Of a stretch of DNA of 64,000 nucleotides, positions 58,301-64,000 are shown one piece after another. Every line of letters starts with the position of its first letter. Within the stretch, counting starts at the first letter, position 1. The stretch is from a virus: the IMG/VR virus record IMGVR_UViG_3300042294_002813, positions 1-64,000 of that record. One strand, 5' to 3'. A program made the position numbers and the translations under genes. The notes under the pieces are model-generated. The model worked only from the letters and a program-made list of their open reading frames with translations. It ran no database searches and was not told the DNA's origin.

Positions 58301-59260
58301 TTAGTTTAGATCTATTCTTGGTGCTCTAAAACTCATGTAGCTCGATGATGTAACACTATACGTTCCTGCAACTTGTGTTGTCATATCGCCATCAACTTTT
58401 ACATCTGCACTACCCTTGACAAATATTTTACCTTGACCATTGATCGTAATATTGCAATCTCCCATGATCAATACATTATTATCTGACATTACTATTTCGT
58501 ACTTGTCTTTTACTACTTTTGTAACTTTTGTTCCATCTGGATATATTTCTTCAAAAGTTCCCGAACGATGAGTAGTTTGAATTCTTTCCGCACCTGGAGT
58601 ATCATCGACTTCTAGAACATGACCGGATTCTGATTCATATACATGATTGTATGGATATTTTGCGTTATATTGTGTTTCGGGCTCAGACCATGTTGAACCT
58701 TTAGTAGATGTTTCTACATTCTGTATACGATTATTTTTTCTCTCTTCTACAATTGTATCAGTAATATTTTCATTTCTTGCCAATTTACTTACAGTCGATT
58801 CATTCACAGTTTCCGGATACCGTGTTGCTTGACCTTCAACTATGAATACACCTTCTCCATCTTGAGTATAATCTTTCGATTTCGGCTTTCTTGGAGAATC
58901 GCTCAACTGAGTTGGTGTTCTTTGATCAGAAAATCCTTTATCTATTCTTGGCACAGATTCAGGAATGCCCGGAACAATTCCTAGCATAACAGGAAACTGT
59001 GCATCATCCGAATCAAGGAAGAAACCAAATACCATATCCCCTTCCTTTGCAGCGATTCCTGTTCCTGTATTCGTATTCAAAGGCATTACAGGATGTGCCC
59101 AGGGAAGATCGGATGTTGGTATCAAATTCTTGTTTTCGGTGTGCCATCCATAAATTCTGACTTGACAACGACCTATCAATAAAGGATCCTTGCGATTTTC
59201 AATGACACCAAACCACCAGACAAATCCATCTAGTCCCATAAAATTATTGCGATTTATCAT
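58301..59260 (-). CDS. gp5: Baseplate hub spike, without lysozyme domain
   Basis: DPLLIGRCQVRIYGWH, DLPWA, YPYNHVYESESGH..EVDDTPGAERI; short beta-helix. Confidence 0.9.
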   Translation of the reverse strand: MINRNNFMGLDGFVWWFGVIENRKDPLLIGRCQVRIYGWHTENKNLIPTSDLPWAHPVMPLNTNTGTGIAAKEGDMVFGFFLDSDDAQFPVMLGIVPGIPESVPRIDKGFSDQRTPTQLSDSPRKPKSKDYTQDGEGVFIVEGQATRYPETVNESTVSKLARNENITDTIVEERKNNRIQNVETSTKGSTWSEPETQYNAKYPYNHVYESESGHVLEVDDTPGAERIQTTHRSGTFEEIYPDGTKVTKVVKDKYEIVMSDNNVLIMGDCNITINGQGKIFVKGSADVKVDGDMTTQVAGTYSVTSSSYMSFRAPRIDLN

Positions 59261-60636
59261 GATTTCTTTATCTCATTGATTAGTGCTAAACTATTTTCCG
59301 CTTGTGGATATGGCTTTGATAGACAATCTCGTGTTGCTTCAACAATCATTTCATAGTTATCCAAATTTATTTTGTGTCGAATCGCGGTTAGCAAATATCT
59401 TCCGCTGTAGAAAGGATTCTCATTTGATGCGCCTGGATTTTTAGCCCCGACAAGAGGAATTTGAAATTCTATGATGTCGCCAACCGTGATATATGTATCG
59501 CCCGGAATAACTAATTTTAACTTGAAGTAATCCAGCTGATTTATTTGTGTTATGCGTTGCAATAGCCATTTTTCAACCAGATTTTGTTTTATTGATGGTT
59601 GTTTACTTGAAATCACGCTATCAGTATCATGTGATCTATTTGTTGGATACATTCTCATCAATGAATATGAATTTTCATATACTTTTTTCTTGAATCTATC
59701 TTCATATTCGTTTTGAAAAGAAAATGCGCTTCCTTGTTTCTCTATATGTGAAGTAATATTGAATAATTCATCATACCTCATGGCATAGTCTGTAGCTTCT
59801 AATTTGACCAAGTCAATTGTCTTAATTGTGCTTGAAAACATACCCGAGGTTATTCCTGACAAAACGTCGAACATTTTCATGAATTCATATTTCACAACAT
59901 CTCTAATCTCAGATACAGATGTATCAGTTTTTTCGGGAGGTGCGTTTTTGGGTCCGAAACTATATTTTGCTTTAGTGTTTCCTTGAAACAAAGTTTCTAG
60001 AGACTTGAAGTTATAACCTTGAGTATTTTCATAAAACATGAATGTCGCACCACGACTTTTTGCCGAAGATGAAACAGTTCTTGAAGCAAGCCATGATATA
60101 GCGGTTAATGGATTCAAAAATGGAATTATTACGTCATGAACTCCAGATGTGTTTTCTATATTTGTTGCTCTTAGTTTTTCCGGAGTTACTTTTAACTGTT
60201 TTGTCAATATGTCAGTAACAATACTCGACATCGTTTTTCCACGATAAGATTTTGAAATACGACGAGATGCAGAAACTACGTTTTCTTCAGAGCAAAAATT
60301 CAACAAATATGTTTGATTTGATGTGGTTGCTTGTTTTACAGTTCCTGGAGTCATTTTATAGATACGAAAACTTTTTTCAAAAAGAACTTTTCTTTCGGAT
60401 CCGGGTTTTTCAATGACTACTCGTAGAAATTCAAATCCAGATAGAGGTAAGGTTGCAATCAAATCATTTGAATCATTTAAAAGTGCATATCCTGAAATTG
60501 TTGAATTGTAAATATCTTCAAAAATATCCAATTCTAAAAGTAATGCTCTTATATTAATACCAGAACCATTGGTATTAACTATGAATAACTCTTTTATTAC
60601 GTAATTTTTTTCGTTAGTATATAAAAAATCAGACAT
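59257..60636 (-). CDS. Baseplate hub protein (gp27-like)
   Basis: IFEDIY, ISKSY, FMFYEN..GYNFKSLE, YSGRYLLTAIRH; located between gp53 and gp5. Confidence 0.7.
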   Translation of the reverse strand: MSDFLYTNEKNYVIKELFIVNTNGSGINIRALLLELDIFEDIYNSTISGYALLNDSNDLIATLPLSGFEFLRVVIEKPGSERKVLFEKSFRIYKMTPGTVKQATTSNQTYLLNFCSEENVVSASRRISKSYRGKTMSSIVTDILTKQLKVTPEKLRATNIENTSGVHDVIIPFLNPLTAISWLASRTVSSSAKSRGATFMFYENTQGYNFKSLETLFQGNTKAKYSFGPKNAPPEKTDTSVSEIRDVVKYEFMKMFDVLSGITSGMFSSTIKTIDLVKLEATDYAMRYDELFNITSHIEKQGSAFSFQNEYEDRFKKKVYENSYSLMRMYPTNRSHDTDSVISSKQPSIKQNLVEKWLLQRITQINQLDYFKLKLVIPGDTYITVGDIIEFQIPLVGAKNPGASNENPFYSGRYLLTAIRHKINLDNYEMIVEATRDCLSKPYPQAENSLALINEIKKS

Positions 60637-61249
60637 TTGTCAATATAGAAAATAGTTCTTGTTCTATTTGAAGAGCATATGCAGCGTTTATTATCTTTAT
60701 TTCTCTTTTTGCTTCATTTTGTTCTTCTTCATAGTCGTAATATGATACAGCATTCTTGGTCGTAACTATTTGAACGGTATTACCATCTTTCAAATTGATT
60801 GTTTCCGTACTACTTGATGCCAAATTTGCATATGTGTTGTAGTCAAGTTCATACTTGTTTACTGTTATGGTTCCTGTGACAGAATCCGTTTTTGTCACCA
60901 CTTTTTCGTAGTGATGATATGTTGTTTTTGCAGTTGCAATTGAACCATATTTGTTTTCAACATAAGATGAAAAATTTGTATATGTCAATGGCCAGTCGTA
61001 TGTCGGATCAGTTATGTTATTTGCAAGAAGAATGATCCAATGACGATTTGAATTGCCGTAGTATTTTGAAGCTAGTATTTCTGGAGTATCACCATCAGAA
61101 ATTTGATACTTGTAAAATACTGTAGATTCATTTTCAATACTAGGTAAAAATCTAGTGCGAACAAATAAATTCGATACAAGTTTGAGACTCTTGTTTGATG
61201 AATTTGTTAGATCGTATAAAGCTATGGGAAAATCAGTAAAATATGCCAT
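60629..61249 (-). CDS. gp53: Baseplate wedge subunit
   Basis: MAYFTDFP, DGDTPEILASKYYG..HWIILLANNI.DP..DWP, NEAKREIK. Confidence 0.92.
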   Translation of the reverse strand: MAYFTDFPIALYDLTNSSNKSLKLVSNLFVRTRFLPSIENESTVFYKYQISDGDTPEILASKYYGNSNRHWIILLANNITDPTYDWPLTYTNFSSYVENKYGSIATAKTTYHHYEKVVTKTDSVTGTITVNKYELDYNTYANLASSSTETINLKDGNTVQIVTTKNAVSYYDYEEEQNEAKREIKIINAAYALQIEQELFSILTNV

Positions 61250-62397
61250 TAGTAGCCCTCATCAACCATTTCTCTTGTTATGATATTGGTTTCTATGAAA
61301 GATAGTCTCATTCTTATTTGAACTGGCATTCCATCATCAAATGTTACAAATCCGCCTGTTGGTGTATAGTCGACCATGACATCACTTAAAACACATGTAG
61401 AAAGTCTAGGAAGATTAGTGTTTTCGACAAATCCTCCGCCAGTACCAGCACTACCATTGATTCTTTCATTTGAATTTACGTCAGGATTTGGATTTGGATT
61501 TGATTGTCCTTTTCTCAAAAATGTTATCTCAAACTGGGATGGTGGAATCATAATGTAGTTTACTAGCGATCCTACTCCACTTTGGCTATTATTAAGAAAT
61601 TCAGGAGCTGAATGTCTTCTAAATTCATAAATTATTTTCCAAACATCATCAGCTTCTTTTGCACTTTTTGGAGAAAAAATAAAATCAAAATTAAACGCTC
61701 TAAGAAGAGGACTAACATATAAAACTTCAACAACAGGATTGAGAGCATAACCAAATAAACTAGTAGCTGTTCTTAATGCTGGTGTCAATACACCTCTATC
61801 AAATTTACTAAGACCCATTGTTCCAGAACCTATTCTTGCAGCTAAACTTGGATCCATGCCGCGCTGGCGGGCTACCGCACCTGTCGCGGCTCCCACGGCA
61901 GCGGCTGCGGCGGCTGCTCCGCCTGTTAATCCTATCGCTAAATTACCTGCTTCTCCAAGAGATCCAGTTAATGCTTGTGTTCCTGCAACTAAACTAGTAC
62001 CAATAATACCAAGTTTTTCCAACAAGCTTGGAGTTTCAAAGTTTTGTCTATTATCAACAACTATCGTATCAGGCATATACAATGAAATGGCTCTTTTTAT
62101 TCTTGTAAATTTTCTTGTTAAACTAGGAGTATTTTGAAGATTTCGATCTCTTCTTGACTGAAATCCTGCATTTGGTCCTGTAGCATTTTCGGCGGGTGTT
62201 TCTCGTTTTGACAAATCATTTGAATTATCGTGAACATTGATATTAAATAGCATAGCATGTGATAGATTTTCAATGTCAATAGGATAATTCAAAGAAGAAA
62301 ATTGATAGGGATTGTTTGCAAGCGTAGCTAAGGGTCCAGCCCCCATTCTACCGCCAAAATCATCTTTTCTTGTAGCTTGTCTATAATCTGCTGCCAT
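61249..62397 (-). CDS. gp48: Baseplate tail-tube cap
   Basis: ISLYMP, NPVVEVLY..P.LRAFNFDF.FSPKS..EA, CVLSDVMVDYTP, LSFIET. Confidence 0.85.
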   Translation of the reverse strand: MAADYRQATRKDDFGGRMGAGPLATLANNPYQFSSLNYPIDIENLSHAMLFNINVHDNSNDLSKRETPAENATGPNAGFQSRRDRNLQNTPSLTRKFTRIKRAISLYMPDTIVVDNRQNFETPSLLEKLGIIGTSLVAGTQALTGSLGEAGNLAIGLTGGAAAAAAAVGAATGAVARQRGMDPSLAARIGSGTMGLSKFDRGVLTPALRTATSLFGYALNPVVEVLYVSPLLRAFNFDFIFSPKSAKEADDVWKIIYEFRRHSAPEFLNNSQSGVGSLVNYIMIPPSQFEITFLRKGQSNPNPNPDVNSNERINGSAGTGGGFVENTNLPRLSTCVLSDVMVDYTPTGGFVTFDDGMPVQIRMRLSFIETNIITREMVDEGY

Positions 62398-62430
62398 CTA
62401 AATATTTCCGTAACTTTTACTATATTTATC

Positions 62431-62868
62431 ATGTCATACAAAGGCCGCTTCATACCAACAAATAGTCAAAAATATCGCGGAGATCCCACACGAATCATAT
62501 ATCGTAGTCTTTGGGAGCGTCGTGTCATGGTTTTTCTTGATGAAAACCCGTCAGTCATACAATGGTCTTCTGAAGAAATAGTGATACCTTATCTCTCTCC
62601 CGTTGATCGCAAAGTGCATCGTTACTTTCCCGATTTCTATGTCAAAGTTCGCGATAAAGACAACAAGATACGAGAGATGATATGGGAAATAAAGCCACAA
62701 AAAGAGTCAGTGCCGCCTAAGAAAAGATCAAGAGTAACGCAAAAATACATAACCGAAATAGTCACTTGGGGAGTCAATGATGCCAAGTGGAAAGCAGCTC
62801 AGGAATACTGTCTCGACCGAAATTGGCAATTCAAGGTTCTCACAGAAAATGATCTTGGAATCAAATAA
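62431..62868 (+). CDS. gp4: Head completion nuclease
   Basis: MSYKGRF.P.N..KY.GD, YRSLWE, WSSEE, HRYFPDF, EIKP, KWKAA. Confidence 0.92.
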   Translation: MSYKGRFIPTNSQKYRGDPTRIIYRSLWERRVMVFLDENPSVIQWSSEEIVIPYLSPVDRKVHRYFPDFYVKVRDKDNKIREMIWEIKPQKESVPPKKRSRVTQKYITEIVTWGVNDAKWKAAQEYCLDRNWQFKVLTENDLGIK

Positions 62869-62876
62869 ATATCATT

Positions 62877-63437
62877 ATGCCAATTATAGACAAAAGACAA
62901 AGAAGAATAGAACGAGCGAATTTATCCGCTAGCACACAAAAAGCTAGAGAATGGATTCAAAAAAAAGCGGATGAACTAAAAAGTTCTAGCCGCAGAGATC
63001 TTTTGCGCGACACAAAACGCAAAGAAACGTCATTTCATCTTGGCGCAATGTATTTCTTTGTGTATAATCCAAAAACGAAAGACATATTACCAAGATACGA
63101 CATGTTTCCTCTAGTCATTCCATTTGATAGATTTGGAGATGGATTTATTGGAGTTAATTTACATTATCTTTCGGTAGGAACAAGATTGGGTCTTCTAAAT
63201 CAATTGAGTGTGTTTACAAATGACAACAAATATGACGAAAAGACAAGATTTACATTCACATATGCCGTCTTAAAAAATCTTCCAATTGATGCTAAACCAG
63301 CAGTGAAAAGATATTTGACATCAAACATACGTTCAAGATTCATAAAAATAGATGCAAGTGAATGGGATATTGCGGCGTCATTGCCTGTTGAAAGTTTCAT
63401 ATATCCTGAAAAAAATAAAAATGCTTCGCCAATCTAA
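62877..63437 (+). CDS. gp2: DNA end protector protein
   Basis: MYFFVYNPKTK..LP.YD.FPLV, GVNLHYL, KRYL, LPVESF. Confidence 0.88.
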   Translation: MPIIDKRQRRIERANLSASTQKAREWIQKKADELKSSSRRDLLRDTKRKETSFHLGAMYFFVYNPKTKDILPRYDMFPLVIPFDRFGDGFIGVNLHYLSVGTRLGLLNQLSVFTNDNKYDEKTRFTFTYAVLKNLPIDAKPAVKRYLTSNIRSRFIKIDASEWDIAASLPVESFIYPEKNKNASPI

Positions 63438-63449
63438 AAGGAAATAAAG

Positions 63450-64000
63450 ATGGCAGATATCAATAAATTTCTATCAGCTATAAACAAGTACTCTGATTTT
63501 CAAAGACAAAGTAGATTTCAAGTAAGATTTCCACAAGGAATTCCTGGATCATTATCTTCCGATTCACAACTTGAGTATAAATGTGAATCCGTAGAAATAC
63601 CAGGTAGAAGTCTCAACACATTTGAACATAGAACCTATGGTCCTGTAGTTAAATATCCAGTACAGTCATTTTTTAGTGAAATAACTTGTATGTTTTTTTG
63701 CACAGGAAATATTAGTAAACAACCTTTAACAGGAATGGTAGAAAAAAGAGTTTTTGAAGATTGGATGAATTGGATTAATACTTATCCAGTATCAGCCTCA
63801 CAAAAACCAGAAATCGCGTATCACAATTTCAAATACAAGACTGAGTACGCAAAAGAAATTATAATAGAGTGCTTCGATGTAAATCAGGGTCGTAGCTATT
63901 CAATTTACATTGTAAATGCGTATCCAGTATCTGTTAGTCCTGTGACAATGAGTTGGACAAGTGAAGAAATAACTCGCGTTGCCGTATCGTTTAGTTATGA
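63450..64000 (+). CDS. Tail-tube-like baseplate protein (gp54-like), runs off window edge
   Basis: Not in the ORF track. Manual translation gives MADINKFLSAINK..RQSRFQVRF..CESVEIPGRSL..YGP..FEDWMNWI..NAYPVSV. Confidence 0.75.
   Translation, partial: MADINKFLSAINKYSDFQRQSRFQVRFPQGIPGSLSSDSQLEYKCESVEIPGRSLNTFEHRTYGPVVKYPVQSFFSEITCMFFCTGNISKQPLTGMVEKRVFEDWMNWINTYPVSASQKPEIAYHNFKYKTEYAKEIIIECFDVNQGRSYSIYIVNAYPVSVSPVTMSWTSEEITRVAVSFSY

Overview
The window is a 64-kb segment of a large AT-rich T4-like myophage genome with a cyanophage/pelagiphage-style gene order; almost all genes lie on the minus strand. From left to right: a partial gp45 clamp, dNMP kinase, a glycosyltransferase and a small basic HTH protein; a MoxR ATPase/vWA pair; a three-gene DNA-modification operon (C5 cytosine MTase-like, Asn-synthetase-like PP-loop ligase, CmoA-like carboxy-SAM synthase); peptide deformylase; gp46/47/55, uvsW and uvsY; the head, tail and packaging block (gp3, 23, 22, 21, an array of gp67-like paralogues, 20, 19, 18, 17, 16, 15, 14, a GIY-YIG homing endonuclease, 13); a variable fibre/adhesin region with modification enzymes; and the baseplate block (split DUF4815-like gene, gp8, 7, 6, 25, PAAR, 5, hub, 53, 48), then gp4, gp2 and a partial gp54-like gene on the plus strand. 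The best candidate for an unusual system is the operon at 5842-8541, which looks like a Cx-SAM-dependent cytosine carboxymethylation plus amidation pathway: the MTase motif X has Arg in place of the usual Asn. Other notable signals are a promoter-proximal pseudoknot/terminator leader, a gp67-like targeting domain fused to different cargos, a structural gene split at a DP-LAQ motif, and a hairpin/late-promoter switch on the homing endonuclease. All assignments come from motif recognition and synteny by eye; no searches were run. No tRNA, rRNA or CRISPR array was seen.
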